Both the position numbers and the translations under genes were made by a program. Source: a virus (lineage: Duplodnaviria > Heunggongvirae > Uroviricota > Caudoviricetes). Taken from it: a stretch of 64,000 nt of DNA. Shown here in pieces: positions 35,413 through 44,826 of the stretch (positions are counted from its first letter, which is position 1; each line of letters starts with the position of its first letter). Below the pieces are notes generated by a model that had not been told where the DNA came from, made no database searches, and was given only the letters and a program-made list of their open reading frames with translations. Location: positions 19,787 to 83,786 of IMG/VR virus record IMGVR_UViG_3300027819_000007. The stretch is one strand, 5' to 3'.

Positions 35413-37899
35413 TTACGCAGGAAGTAGCCCTCCTGCAAGTAGTTGTTCACACAGCAAGTCATACACTTCCCAGGTTCCGTTGACTGCACCTCCATCTAAC
35501 ACTGCATCAGCAATTTGCTGCTTGGTTTGGTTCATTTCCAGTAGTCGTTCTTCAATAGTATCTTTCGCAATGAGATACCATGAGTTGATCCCATGAATGT
35601 CACTAAGCCGTGCATAGGCACGGTCTTCTGCTTGGATCATGTCGGCTGGTCGCCAAGCTAATTCCGCAAAGGCTACATCATGAGCAGCGGTAAGGTTTAA
35701 CCCTACCCCCGCAGCTTGCATTTGACCGATGCAAATCCTCTTCTTGGGGTTTGTTTGAAAGTCGTCTACTGCCTTCTGTCGATGTTTTCCTGTTATACCT
35801 CCATGAATAAGGACAGCGTGTTTCTTGAACTCCTGATGTAAGGGTTCCATCACATCGTGGTGCATAGCAAAGAGGAGTAACTTCCCTTCACTATTCTCCA
35901 GGTAAGAGTTAACCCACTCTATGATACAGGGGAGTTTAGCTAGTCCTGCAAGATGTTTCAGACGGAACAAACCTCCTTGCTTGTCCATCTTGGACATCTT
36001 ACCCTTCTTGAGGTCTTTGATGAAAGCCTTTAGCTCCGCATTGTACTCTTTTCGTGAAGGGAGGGCAAAAGGCACCACACATCGTTGCTTATCTGGAAGT
36101 TGATCGATGACGTCACACTTCCGATAACGGATCATGACGTTTTTGAGGAGTTGCTCATGGAGTTCTTCCAGGTTAGAGGTTCCTGTGAAGTCCCATCCCC
36201 ACTTGTTTCTATGACCATTGCAATACCTCAATCCAAACTTGAAGAAGTTGGGGTAGAGATCTGGACGGAGTAAGTTGAGGATTTGCCATAGCTCCATTGG
36301 TCTGTTGGCTAATGGAGTGCCAGACAGACACAGTACCGAAGGGGCATACTGACACAATTCTTTAACCGATACTGACCTTTTCGCTTTGCGGGAAGAGATA
36401 TACTGACAGTTAGAAACTAGAATCCTATCAGCAAAGAAATTGTGAGTGTGTTCTACTTCGATACAATAAACGAAAGTATCTCTTGTGCTATTGCAGATAC
36501 TTCCTTGTCTATCCTCTGGTTGGAGAATCTCAACACTTTCCACTGTAGATGGTTTTCCAGGAACTCTTGTTTCTTCTTGTCCTTTTCTCTGGCTCTTTTT
36601 ACTCTGTGTCCTCTTCCGTCGATTTCTATTGCTATTTTCTTCTCGCGATTCCCCACATCCACTTTGTAATTTGTTGGATATCCAGATCCTCTTTTCATTA
36701 AGGTCGCTATTGGTAACTCCTTCTCCCACCCATCCATCCAACAACACAATTCCCCCCACAGAGATTCCTGCTGGGAAGTATACTTCCCGTTCCCACCACG
36801 TTCTCCTTTCCAAATATGTAGCGTCCCATTCTTCCTTCTGGTATTCTTCATCTTTTCGACCACTTCTGGTCTTGATCCTGGATTGTTTTCCGACATTCTC
36901 TTGCTGGTTTTTCTTCTTTGTTCCACCCATGCTGGAGTATTCCGATATGCTGTGATTGTTTGTTTGAGTTGTTCCAACCTCTCTTTGGTGAATCTTTTTT
37001 TGAAATCTGGTTGTTTGACATGCCATCTTGTAACGCAAGCCCGACTGCAAAAGATCCTTTTTTTCTTTCCTTTGGAAAGGTAAAGAGAAACGAAGAACAC
37101 CTTCTGGCAATTTTGACATTCTATTCCTACTTTTTCTTTCTTTGGCCCTCTGTTTCCTATATTGGTACAAGGTACTGAACAGTATTTCCTGGTTTTCACT
37201 GATGGAAGAAAACTCTTTTTGCACGTCAGACAAATCTTGTAACTGGTCACCAATTCGGAGGTTGATTGCTTCAACATATCCTCGATTCCTCGTCCATATT
37301 TTGTGATTTTCTGTACAGTGAAGAACCCCCTTTCTGTGCTTCACTACCACCATTTTAGTATTTCTTCTGATTTTGAAATAGTTCTTGATTGGTGATAAAA
37401 CGAATTGGTGATTTGCAATATCGTAACTAGCAACCTTTGTTGCTATCTTCTCCTCTACTATTTTCCCAATCGGGATCATTCCATGTTCTGTTTGGACCAT
37501 TGTTTCGTATGGGAAGCATTCATCAACTATGACCAGTTGTGGATTGATGGACTTGAGATAGTTGAGCCATCCTTCCCCTGCAAAACCTTCTCGTTGGATG
37601 AGGATGTCGTAGTTGACAATAGTGACGATAGGAACTTCCCCCTCATGGGGGAAGGGGGTAGTTCCATCTAAGATTCTTGCATCCCAATCGAAGTGGAGTT
37701 TACATTCCCGCTTCCACTGCTCTTTAATGGAAGCGGGACACACTACCACGATGGGACACAGGTGGGGGTTGCGATAAGCATAGAGAAGGGAAGAGGGCGT
37801 CTTGCCCAGGCCCATCTCAAACGACAGGAGAGCATTGCCACCGAACTCGTGAACTTTCCTCACGGAGTGTAGTTGGAACAGGTAGGGGATGAAGGTCAT
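35413..37899 (-). CDS. SNF2-family helicase containing an intein
   Basis: EMGLGKT, VIVDE|C, LSGTPLAN, QAAGVGLNLTAA, QAEDRA. Confidence 0.9.
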   Translation of the reverse strand: MTFIPYLFQLHSVRKVHEFGGNALLSFEMGLGKTPSSLLYAYRNPHLCPIVVVCPASIKEQWKRECKLHFDWDARILDGTTPFPHEGEVPIVTIVNYDILIQREGFAGEGWLNYLKSINPQLVIVDECFPYETMVQTEHGMIPIGKIVEEKIATKVASYDIANHQFVLSPIKNYFKIRRNTKMVVVKHRKGVLHCTENHKIWTRNRGYVEAINLRIGDQLQDLSDVQKEFSSISENQEILFSTLYQYRKQRAKERKSRNRMSKLPEGVLRFSLPFQRKEKKDLLQSGLRYKMACQTTRFQKKIHQREVGTTQTNNHSISEYSSMGGTKKKNQQENVGKQSRIKTRSGRKDEEYQKEEWDATYLERRTWWEREVYFPAGISVGGIVLLDGWVGEGVTNSDLNEKRIWISNKLQSGCGESREENSNRNRRKRTQSKKSQRKGQEETRVPGKPSTVESVEILQPEDRQGSICNSTRDTFVYCIEVEHTHNFFADRILVSNCQYISSRKAKRSVSVKELCQYAPSVLCLSGTPLANRPMELWQILNLLRPDLYPNFFKFGLRYCNGHRNKWGWDFTGTSNLEELHEQLLKNVMIRYRKCDVIDQLPDKQRCVVPFALPSRKEYNAELKAFIKDLKKGKMSKMDKQGGLFRLKHLAGLAKLPCIIEWVNSYLENSEGKLLLFAMHHDVMEPLHQEFKKHAVLIHGGITGKHRQKAVDDFQTNPKKRICIGQMQAAGVGLNLTAAHDVAFAELAWRPADMIQAEDRAYARLSDIHGINSWYLIAKDTIEERLLEMNQTKQQIADAVLDGGAVNGTWEVYDLLCEQLLAGGLLPA
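36409..37518 (-). mobile_element. Intein (370 aa) inserted in Walker B of SNF2
   Basis: Starts CFPYET; block B CTENHKIW; ends VYCIEVEHTHNFFADRILVSN, followed by a +1 Cys. Confidence 0.9.
36453..37277 (-). CDS. Zn-finger / NUMOD-like / DUF559 (Vsr-like) endonuclease nested out of frame in the intein
   Basis: CLTC...YCSVPC and CQNC...FCSRAC fingers; YKVD...IAIEIDGRGH...KD...WKVLRFSN; GAGGA SD upstream of ATG 37277. Confidence 0.8.
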   Translation of the reverse strand: MLKQSTSELVTSYKICLTCKKSFLPSVKTRKYCSVPCTNIGNRGPKKEKVGIECQNCQKVFFVSLYLSKGKKKRIFCSRACVTRWHVKQPDFKKRFTKERLEQLKQTITAYRNTPAWVEQRRKTSKRMSENNPGSRPEVVEKMKNTRRKNGTLHIWKGERGGNGKYTSQQESLWGELCCWMDGWEKELPIATLMKRGSGYPTNYKVDVGNREKKIAIEIDGRGHRVKRAREKDKKKQEFLENHLQWKVLRFSNQRIDKEVSAIAQEILSFIVSK

Positions 37900-38423
37900 C
37901 GGTTAAGTGCCTCCCGTATTTCCCACCACAAGTCCAGCACTCTTTGTCCGGCCCAGCCTCTTCCCACAAGGTGTCGGGCTAGTCCTTCACGGGACCGGAG
38001 GTGGGGAACTGCTCCAGCGTCCAGAACCAACTTCACAGCATTCTGGGCATCCTCACTTAGTTGTTCCAGGAAGTTCTGCAAGTTGAACTCGCGATACGAA
38101 TCGGGTAATGTCCCTTCTTCATTGTCTTCACAGGGGAGCCTCTCCTGTCGTTGCCAGTCCCTCATCCTCGACTGGAGGAGCATATTCCAGACGATGTAGG
38201 TGACTCTCTTCTCCACCTTGCCTTTTGAAGGGTTGAATGTCTGCAGTGCTTTGACGTAGTGAGGGTATGCCTCACTCAAGATCTCACAGAACTCTCCGCC
38301 ATACTTTTTGCGGAAAGTATGGCAGACCTTGTAGACCAGTCTCTCAAACTTCTCCCATTGCTCCTCTGGTCTGGGGCTGGGGAGAGTTGCTTCACTTTTG
38401 TTGGAGGTAGGGGCAGTGGTCAT
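37896..38423 (-). CDS. Sigma70 region-2-like protein
   Basis: FERLVYKVC...EAY..YVKALQTFNPSKG...YIVWN. Confidence 0.6.
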   Translation of the reverse strand: MTTAPTSNKSEATLPSPRPEEQWEKFERLVYKVCHTFRKKYGGEFCEILSEAYPHYVKALQTFNPSKGKVEKRVTYIVWNMLLQSRMRDWQRQERLPCEDNEEGTLPDSYREFNLQNFLEQLSEDAQNAVKLVLDAGAVPHLRSREGLARHLVGRGWAGQRVLDLWWEIREALNR

Positions 38424-38701
38424 GGGTAATCTCCTTTGTGTGTTGGTGGTGGTAGATAGTAGTGGACCTTAGTCCTGTTCTGAGTTCACCTCTCTGTTGT
38501 TCCGGTTCCATTCCTCTTCATGGTGGTTACTCAACAGTTGTATACTATAGTTGTTGCTTCCCTCCTTTCTAAAGGTTGGTTTAGCGTCCGTTTTAAGCCC
38601 CATAGCATCGTCTAGGTCGCGTCCGGAGCCTTTTCTTGTAGTACGGGGCTAGGAATAGGCTCGGCAACGATGTGGAACAGGATTCTTGTAATCCATAAGG
38701 T

Positions 38702-39037
38702 CTAGAGCCATGGGCCATTCTCCGGTTCTCGTAAGGGCATTTCCCCGGTAGCCAGGTAGTATAGTGACAACTGTCGTGCTCGGTACAGACCGAAGATGTA
38801 ATCTTCTAAGTGGTTGAGATGGCTGTCGTTGTAGTAAGCCATGCACAGTGGTGCAGAACCATAGTCCCCATCTCCAATTCCATGTCGTGCCGTGGGGGAC
38901 CAGCCGCCATCGGCTTCACTGGTCTTGACGAGCCAGTAGTCATAGATCATCTTGCTCCTGGGATTTCTCTCTGTCCCCAGGTAGACGTATCTTTCCTCAT
39001 CATGTTCCCATTCGGGATAGGGGTAGTGTGGATGCAT
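38702..39037 (-). CDS. Hypothetical early protein
   Basis: ORF in the early operon. Confidence 0.5.
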   Translation of the reverse strand: MHPHYPYPEWEHDEERYVYLGTERNPRSKMIYDYWLVKTSEADGGWSPTARHGIGDGDYGSAPLCMAYYNDSHLNHLEDYIFGLYRARQLSLYYLATGEMPLREPENGPWL

Positions 39038-39039
39038 TC

Positions 39040-39474
39040 CTACACCTCCCTCATGTACTTGGTGGGCTTGGAGACATGGACCAACGTGAATACCTTCAAC
39101 ACATCCTCACTGTTGAACACCACTCGCTCCACCTGCTGCACTTGCTGTGTGTGCCGTAAGTAGATGTTGGTGGTGTGCATGATGTGAGGAAGTCCTTCCT
39201 TTAAGGCTTCGTGTTGCTTCTGGGAAGCGTACACCAAGTAACATGCCTTGGCATGATCACATACCCTTCTCACTCTTCTTCCCCCACGGGGACCGAAAGA
39301 GGTATTCTTGCACTTCTCAGTGTGTGGGATAGGAGTGTTAACTCCCCCACCCTGCACCTTGACCTCGTCAGTCAAGGCAAGCAGTAAGTCTGGTTCGATG
39401 TCCTTGAGAAGGACACCACGCCTTTTCTGGGCAAGTTCCTTCATCCTCTCCTTCGTTGCTTCAGTCCAGGCCAT
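39040..39474 (-). CDS. Hypothetical early protein
   Basis: Has the CAACACAAGGAGA leader. Confidence 0.6.
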   Translation of the reverse strand: MAWTEATKERMKELAQKRRGVLLKDIEPDLLLALTDEVKVQGGGVNTPIPHTEKCKNTSFGPRGGRRVRRVCDHAKACYLVYASQKQHEALKEGLPHIMHTTNIYLRHTQQVQQVERVVFNSEDVLKVFTLVHVSKPTKYMREV

Positions 39475-39530
39475 TGTCTTCTCCTTGTGTTGGGGTTGTG
39501 GAAGGTTACTACGCCACAGGTTGACACTGA

Positions 39531-40190
39531 TCAGTCATTGATGATGAGCAAACATGAGGACCATGCTCCTTCAAGGCGGTAGTACACTCCCCCAATGTCT
39601 TCCCCGTCGGTATCCGTCTCGGCCTGGTGGAATGTGTAAGTAACTCCTTCCAGGGTAGTCCGCAAAGTGCGTGGCCAGCCGGGGAGTTGAAGGGTACTCA
39701 TTTCCTGGGTAAACAGCCCCGGAGTGTTAGTAGACTTCTCGAACAGGCTCCCGTCCACATCGTCCTTTGGCTTACGGATCACCACTTCTTCGATGTAGTC
39801 CAGAACCACCTTGGGGGCAGGAGCGTTTTCACTACCCGTGATGGTGTCGATGAGCATCTTGACCAAGGTACTACTCCGGGGATCGCTAACGTCAACCCGT
39901 TTGCCCTTGCCGTTGTAGGTGCCGTGCCGGAAGAAGAGGATTTTCTTCCCGTCGTCAAACACACCTGTGATGGTAACTTGCTTGCGTACCATACTGGACC
40001 GCCTCATGGAATCTAAGGCGTCCTGGCACTGCTCCAACATCTCATACAACAGATGGCTGTCAACACTGCGGTTCCAGTGTCTGTTGATATTACCCAGCCC
40101 ATCCCGGCTGATGGTAACACTGGTGGTTTTGTGGTCCTTGTCTCCGTTCCAGTCTTCTTGGGCTTGGGTCAGTGCGATGGTAACTTTCAT
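39531..40190 (-). CDS. Hypothetical early protein
   Basis: Leader at 40198-40210 and a promoter upstream. Confidence 0.6.
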   Translation of the reverse strand: MKVTIALTQAQEDWNGDKDHKTTSVTISRDGLGNINRHWNRSVDSHLLYEMLEQCQDALDSMRRSSMVRKQVTITGVFDDGKKILFFRHGTYNGKGKRVDVSDPRSSTLVKMLIDTITGSENAPAPKVVLDYIEEVVIRKPKDDVDGSLFEKSTNTPGLFTQEMSTLQLPGWPRTLRTTLEGVTYTFHQAETDTDGEDIGGVYYRLEGAWSSCLLIIND

Positions 40191-40243
40191 CTTTGCGTCT
40201 CCTTGTGTTGAAGGCAAATTCTAGTAATCTTCCCCACAATTGA

Positions 40244-40272
40244 AGTATAACTCAGGTTAACTGGTTTGTCAA
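40244..40272 (-). promoter_or_regulatory. Sigma70-like early promoter
   Basis: TTGACA-AACCAGTTAACCTGAGT-TATACT (17-nt spacer). Confidence 0.75.
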
Positions 40273-40280
40273 ATGGATTT

Positions 40281-40598
40281 TCACATTTTCTTGGTTTCTT
40301 CGACCTCGGCTGAGGGAAGGTCTTCGTAGAAAGACATGGGGATATCCACGATGAGGTGCTTACACGTTGCCAACACGTCCAAATCCTTGAAGATAGCTAC
40401 CACACACCGCTTGTGAAGTTCACATTCTACCCCGACACGGTAATGGTGATCCATCTCAAACACCACGGGAAAATTGAAGTCAGGAAGTGCTCCAACATAC
40501 TCTTGGCTCAGTTGACGGTTGAAATTCCATCCATCATCGTGTGCTTTGGTTGCACATTGGATGAGGAGCGCCTTCGTGAAATACTTGACTGTCTTCAT
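40281..40598 (-). CDS. Hypothetical protein
   Basis: ORF track. Confidence 0.5.
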   Translation of the reverse strand: MKTVKYFTKALLIQCATKAHDDGWNFNRQLSQEYVGALPDFNFPVVFEMDHHYRVGVECELHKRCVVAIFKDLDVLATCKHLIVDIPMSFYEDLPSAEVEETKKM

Positions 40599-40628
40599 AG
40601 TTGGGTTCCTTTCTGGTTGAAGTAGTGG

Positions 40629-40856
40629 TTAGTTGTCCTTGGTGGACATTCTTATTCTGAAATAGTCTAGGAAGAACTCTCCGTGGGGAATACGATTGAG
40701 ACGGAACAGTTCTTCCATCCAGGGGTAAATCTGCTCCCGTGGGTACTTGTCAACGTCTTGCCATTCTTTGTAGCCACCTTCGCCACTGGTGATAAGGGCC
40801 ACGGAAAGGGCAAAGTCTTCAGGGATGTCATTGGGAACTAAAACTTGGATGTTCAT
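40629..40856 (-). CDS. Hypothetical protein
   Basis: Start MNIQV follows the leader motif. Confidence 0.5.
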   Translation of the reverse strand: MNIQVLVPNDIPEDFALSVALITSGEGGYKEWQDVDKYPREQIYPWMEELFRLNRIPHGEFFLDYFRIRMSTKDN

Positions 40857-40876
40857 AGGTCTCCTTGTGTTGAGGG

Positions 40877-41761
40877 TTACAGGTTTGGAAATTCTCTCAC
40901 TTGCAGGTCGATAGGAAATTCGGTGATGTCCCCTCCTTTTGCATCTTCCAGAGTCCATTCACTTTCATCGTTGATCATAGCCACCGATCCAAATTGCTTG
41001 TTGAAGAAAGCACACTTGGCATCCTGACATTGATACATGATACTCCACACCCAATCCAGGTAGATCGGTCGAGCGTTGCCTCCACTTTCTCCACCGGAAA
41101 TGAGCCACTGAATTCCTTGGAGGGTGTTGCCGAAGTCAATGGGACCGAGGAGTGGCTCTGCACTTACGAACAGAACTGGAACCTGGATAACCTCTCTTAC
41201 TTCTTGGAGGGCATCTACTCTCCAGGTATATTCCTGGTTCTCAATAGAGGTTCCTAGCCATACGTTCTTCCACTCCCCATGTGACATCATGGAACAAATG
41301 TTCTCCGGCCTCTTGGTAAGCAGTTGCCAATCCAACCAGGGAGTCTCTCGGATCAAATCCCACAGTCGTTCTCTTGCATGATGAAGAGTTAATTCCTCAT
41401 CATGAGCATCATCTTGGACAGAACTGATCTCATTTGTTAATGGATTGATCCACAATCTATTCTCCTGAGAGTCCATCATCTGACCACTCCATGATTCAAA
41501 TACGTCAGCTAGGGATGCGCAGAATACCTTGTGACGTTTCTGGTTTCTTTGAGCTTGAGCATTCCATTTGTAGGGTTCGTTCCATTGGTTGTCAGAAGCC
41601 AAGACACGAGTCCCTTCCGGTCCCCACTCTCCCAGCACTTTAGGATTTCGTTTGGACAGAGTGAGAGCATAACAGTTAGCACACCCTGGAGAAATCTTGG
41701 TACATCCCCTCCACGGGTTGAAGGTGCTGTCTGTCCATTGAATTTTGGTTTTGGTAGCCAT
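40877..41761 (-). CDS. Gp37Gp68 / DUF5131 family radical-SAM-like protein
   Basis: IQWTDSTFNPWRGCTKISPGCANCYA, WQLLTKRP, VSAEPLLG, GGESG. Confidence 0.9.
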   Translation of the reverse strand: MATKTKIQWTDSTFNPWRGCTKISPGCANCYALTLSKRNPKVLGEWGPEGTRVLASDNQWNEPYKWNAQAQRNQKRHKVFCASLADVFESWSGQMMDSQENRLWINPLTNEISSVQDDAHDEELTLHHARERLWDLIRETPWLDWQLLTKRPENICSMMSHGEWKNVWLGTSIENQEYTWRVDALQEVREVIQVPVLFVSAEPLLGPIDFGNTLQGIQWLISGGESGGNARPIYLDWVWSIMYQCQDAKCAFFNKQFGSVAMINDESEWTLEDAKGGDITEFPIDLQVREFPNL

Positions 41762-41767
41762 ATTGAT

Positions 41768-41953
41768 TTATCCTTGTGTTGAGGTTTTCTTGTACTCCAC
41801 CCACGCTTCAAACTTCTCTTCCAGTGTAGGAAGATGATCAAAAGTATGGAACGAACCACCCTCTCGGTACATGATGGCATTGGCAGCCTCCTGAGAGGGT
41901 GCTAAGAAGATTGTGTTCAACAACGGCTGATAGATCCAAACGGTCACTTCCAC
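41768..41953 (-). CDS. Small hypothetical protein
   Basis: ORF track. Confidence 0.4.
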   Translation of the reverse strand: MEVTVWIYQPLLNTIFLAPSQEAANAIMYREGGSFHTFDHLPTLEEKFEAWVEYKKTSTQG

Positions 41954-42306
41954 TCCTCTCTGGTCTCATAGTAAAAGTTGAAGCTGGTGTAGGTGTAAAC
42001 CACACCGTCCATCCAGAAGAATTCATCATCTACCATGTCATATTCCACACCATCAAGAAAAGAATCATCCCATTGATGGATGTGACAACGACGAGTGATG
42101 CCATTGCACAGTTGCAAGCAAATTTCATCACTGATATTCACTGCTTGTGGGATGATAAGATTCACGGGAACGCTACAGTATAATCCCCTCATGGTCTTCC
42201 ATCGTTGAACCAATTCCTCCCACTCAACAGGAGTAAGAAAAGCTACCCACTCCCGGTAGCCGTACTCTTCTTCAATCATCAGGATGATAGTTTCTTGAGG
42301 TTGCAT
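41944..42306 (-). CDS. Hypothetical protein
   Basis: ORF with a leader-like motif; start approximate. Confidence 0.45.
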   Translation of the reverse strand: MQPQETIILMIEEEYGYREWVAFLTPVEWEELVQRWKTMRGLYCSVPVNLIIPQAVNISDEICLQLCNGITRRCHIHQWDDSFLDGVEYDMVDDEFFWMDGVVYTYTSFNFYYETREEWK

Positions 42307-42329
42307 AGGTTTCCTTGTGTTTGTCATAC

Positions 42330-42403
42330 CACTCCCACCAGGAGTCGAACCTGGAACCTACAGGATAGAAGCCTGTTGCTCTGTCCAGTTGAGCTATGGG
42401 AGC
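42330..42403 (-). tRNA. tRNA-Arg (TCT)
   Basis: GCTCCCA acceptor, D-arm GCTCAACTGGACAGAGC, anticodon arm ACAGG-CTTCTAT-CCTGT, T-arm CCAGGTTCGACTCCTGG. Confidence 0.92.
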
Positions 42404-42411
42404 AGGGATTG

Positions 42412-42594
42412 TCAGCCATCGTAGCAGTCGAATCTTTCATTCATGTAGTAATCAAAATCCACCCTGGATTCCATGTCCTGGATGGCTGCCAGGTCTCTTG
42501 CATCCTGACATGCTTCACACAAACCCTCCTCATTCAGGTCAATGGTCCCAGAGAGACTTTCTTGCGGCTCCAAACAGCTAATACAGTGGTCCAT
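42412..42594 (-). CDS. Small Cys-rich protein
   Basis: MDHCISC...LCEAC. Confidence 0.45.
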   Translation of the reverse strand: MDHCISCLEPQESLSGTIDLNEEGLCEACQDARDLAAIQDMESRVDFDYYMNERFDCYDG

Positions 42595-42631
42595 GTGTGA
42601 CTCCTTATGGTTGAGGTTGGGGTGATAGAAA

Positions 42632-43339
42632 CTACACCTTATTGATAGCCACGAATGCGGTGATCCCATACTTGGCCAGGACACCACGAATGGCATCGGC
42701 GCTCTTCTTTTGGCTCTCCGTGCTACTGTCTCGGAAACCAGACCAGTCGTAACCCTGCTCCGGGACAAAGCCTACCGATCCGTAAGCATCGGTGTACTTC
42801 CACGCTTCCTCATAGGCTTCCTTGGCAACTTTGGGGTCCAGGACTGTTTGGTGGGACCAGTGGCACACCTTCACAATCAAGTCCCAATCCCCTTCCTTCG
42901 TAGGGTCAACTACACGGAGGTTTCCTTTGGGTGTGGGTTGGGACTGAGGAGTGGGAGAACCTCCCAAAGCTCTTTGAACCCGGTCAGCCGGGAATTTGAA
43001 CATCTTCCCATCCTTCCTTCGGCACACGACCGGATACCGATGGCTACGGGGCTTGAGTCCCACAACTGTGAAGGTGTACCCTCCCTCGGAGAAGGACTTG
43101 TCCAAGTCTGTGGGTTGAAGTCCAAAACTCCTGGCGTGCATCATGAAGTCGTCCGACTCCTTGGTGACAGGGGGAGATCCGTCACTGTTGAGGGGGGCCA
43201 CTTCCAACTTGAAGGTGGCATTGGCCATTCCGTAGGTGCAATTTCCCAACTTGAGAGACAGTCCCAACTCGTTACCAAGGGCTGCCAGTTTGGCATTGAG
43301 ATTCTCGCGAAGGTTCCTCACAGTTTCACGGGTCAACAT
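42632..43339 (-). CDS. Hypothetical early protein
   Basis: Start MLTRET follows the leader at 43346-43358. Confidence 0.6.
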   Translation of the reverse strand: MLTRETVRNLRENLNAKLAALGNELGLSLKLGNCTYGMANATFKLEVAPLNSDGSPPVTKESDDFMMHARSFGLQPTDLDKSFSEGGYTFTVVGLKPRSHRYPVVCRRKDGKMFKFPADRVQRALGGSPTPQSQPTPKGNLRVVDPTKEGDWDLIVKVCHWSHQTVLDPKVAKEAYEEAWKYTDAYGSVGFVPEQGYDWSGFRDSSTESQKKSADAIRGVLAKYGITAFVAINKV

Positions 43340-43427
43340 AGTCGTTCTCCTTGTGTTGTGGTTGAGGTTAAAGTTCCAATCCAAAAGGGTAGGGGAACAA
43401 CCCCTACCCTTAACATACTTTCCCTGC

Positions 43428-44090
43428 TCAGAAGGCGGCTCGAACCGCACTGACATCGTGTCCCCGTTCTTCCAACCAGTCGGCAAGCACACCAGCGGGG
43501 ATCTCGTCTTCCCGTGCTGCCAACTCCATCTCTGTCCCCTTGACCTGCTGCACCATGTCGGCGAACAGTTCGGCACGTCGGTGAGCACTCATCTGCAAGG
43601 CATCAGCCTTGGCCTTGGCTTCCACCAGGGGCAAGGAAGCAGGGTCGATGGCGAACACCTTGGCCGCACTTTCGATGTCCTTGAGCAGGTTATTGATCCG
43701 CTTCATGGTGGTTTTGATGTGCTTGTCGTGCTTGTCCTTGGCCCGTTCCAAGTCACTACCGTCACAGTCCGGGTCTTCCTTGACACTGACGAACTTCTCC
43801 CCACTGAGGTCCAGTGACTTCTCGGTCCGCTTCACTGCAGAACGAATTTCTTGACGAAGGCTATCTAGGGCCATCTCCGTCAATTTTTCGCTACCTTCTT
43901 CCGACTGGGGAACCAGGTGCCACCGCACTCCCTCTTCCCGCAACTCGTTCAGGTAGTTCCACGGCACCCGGTCTGTGGGGAGTACCCAGCAGGAGAGGTT
44001 GATCCTAATGGCTACCCTCCTAAGACGTGGGCTGGGGTTGGGAATTTGGCTTTTGGTGGGGACGTCGTAAATCAGCAGGTCAGTCTTCAT
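43428..44090 (-). CDS. Hypothetical early protein with C-terminal LADWLEERG motif
   Basis: Leader and promoter upstream. Confidence 0.65.
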   Translation of the reverse strand: MKTDLLIYDVPTKSQIPNPSPRLRRVAIRINLSCWVLPTDRVPWNYLNELREEGVRWHLVPQSEEGSEKLTEMALDSLRQEIRSAVKRTEKSLDLSGEKFVSVKEDPDCDGSDLERAKDKHDKHIKTTMKRINNLLKDIESAAKVFAIDPASLPLVEAKAKADALQMSAHRRAELFADMVQQVKGTEMELAAREDEIPAGVLADWLEERGHDVSAVRAAF

Positions 44091-44143
44091 CTTGGTTCTC
44101 CTTGTGTTTGGTTTTAAGTTCTTGGTTTCCTCCACACGTTATA

Positions 44144-44172
44144 AGTATATACTACGTTAACTGTCCTGTCAA
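44144..44172 (-). promoter_or_regulatory. Sigma70-like early promoter
   Basis: TTGACA-GGACAGTTAACGTAGTA-TATACT (17-nt spacer). Confidence 0.75.
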
Positions 44173-44200
44173 ATGAAATTGACCAGAATTGTGGAATATT

Positions 44201-44815
44201 TTACCCCTCGTTTTGATCCTTGTCTCGAGGAGACAGCACCTTCTGGTCAATGACCACGAACGGAGGTTCCATCCAACACCTGCCAGCCAGAAGGTGGAGA
44301 GCCTCCCTCATGCCCCCCAGAGAGGGGAAAGTAGGGTTCTCTTCCTTCTTCTGTCGGATGGTTTGAGCTAACACTTCCAACAGGGTAGCCAACTCAGCAG
44401 GAACAATTGACGTGTAGGAGAACTCCTCCGGAGCTTGGGGGGAGTAGGTGGACAGGGAGGTGACTCTTACCCTCAGTGCCTGGAGGATCTTGTCCACTAC
44501 GATCCGATTCTTCCGGATCCGACCAAAGCCTTCCGGAGCCATCAGGTAACCAGTATTGTCCGGATCGCCATTCTCGCTACGGTCCAACCATCCGTCACTC
44601 ACCATGCCCAGAAGGTATCTTCTAGCTATGTCCTTCCTGCCCCTTCTCATGGCATAGTCCAGGGACACTACCGTGCCGGACTGCCGTCTCCGAATCCGGT
44701 TGTAGTGACGAATTGCTTCCTCCGGGGTTACCAACTCGTTCATGTAGGAGGCCGCTTCCTCCAGGGTATGAATCCCTCCCCTGGAGAAGAGGGGGAGGAG
44801 TTGGTAACGAACCAT
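44201..44815 (-). CDS. Hypothetical protein
   Basis: Likely start MVRYQLL at 44815; the longer ORF-track call overlaps the ParB-like gene. Confidence 0.45.
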   Translation of the reverse strand: MVRYQLLPLFSRGGIHTLEEAASYMNELVTPEEAIRHYNRIRRRQSGTVVSLDYAMRRGRKDIARRYLLGMVSDGWLDRSENGDPDNTGYLMAPEGFGRIRKNRIVVDKILQALRVRVTSLSTYSPQAPEEFSYTSIVPAELATLLEVLAQTIRQKKEENPTFPSLGGMREALHLLAGRCWMEPPFVVIDQKVLSPRDKDQNEG

Positions 44816-44826
44816 CTTTTGATCGT

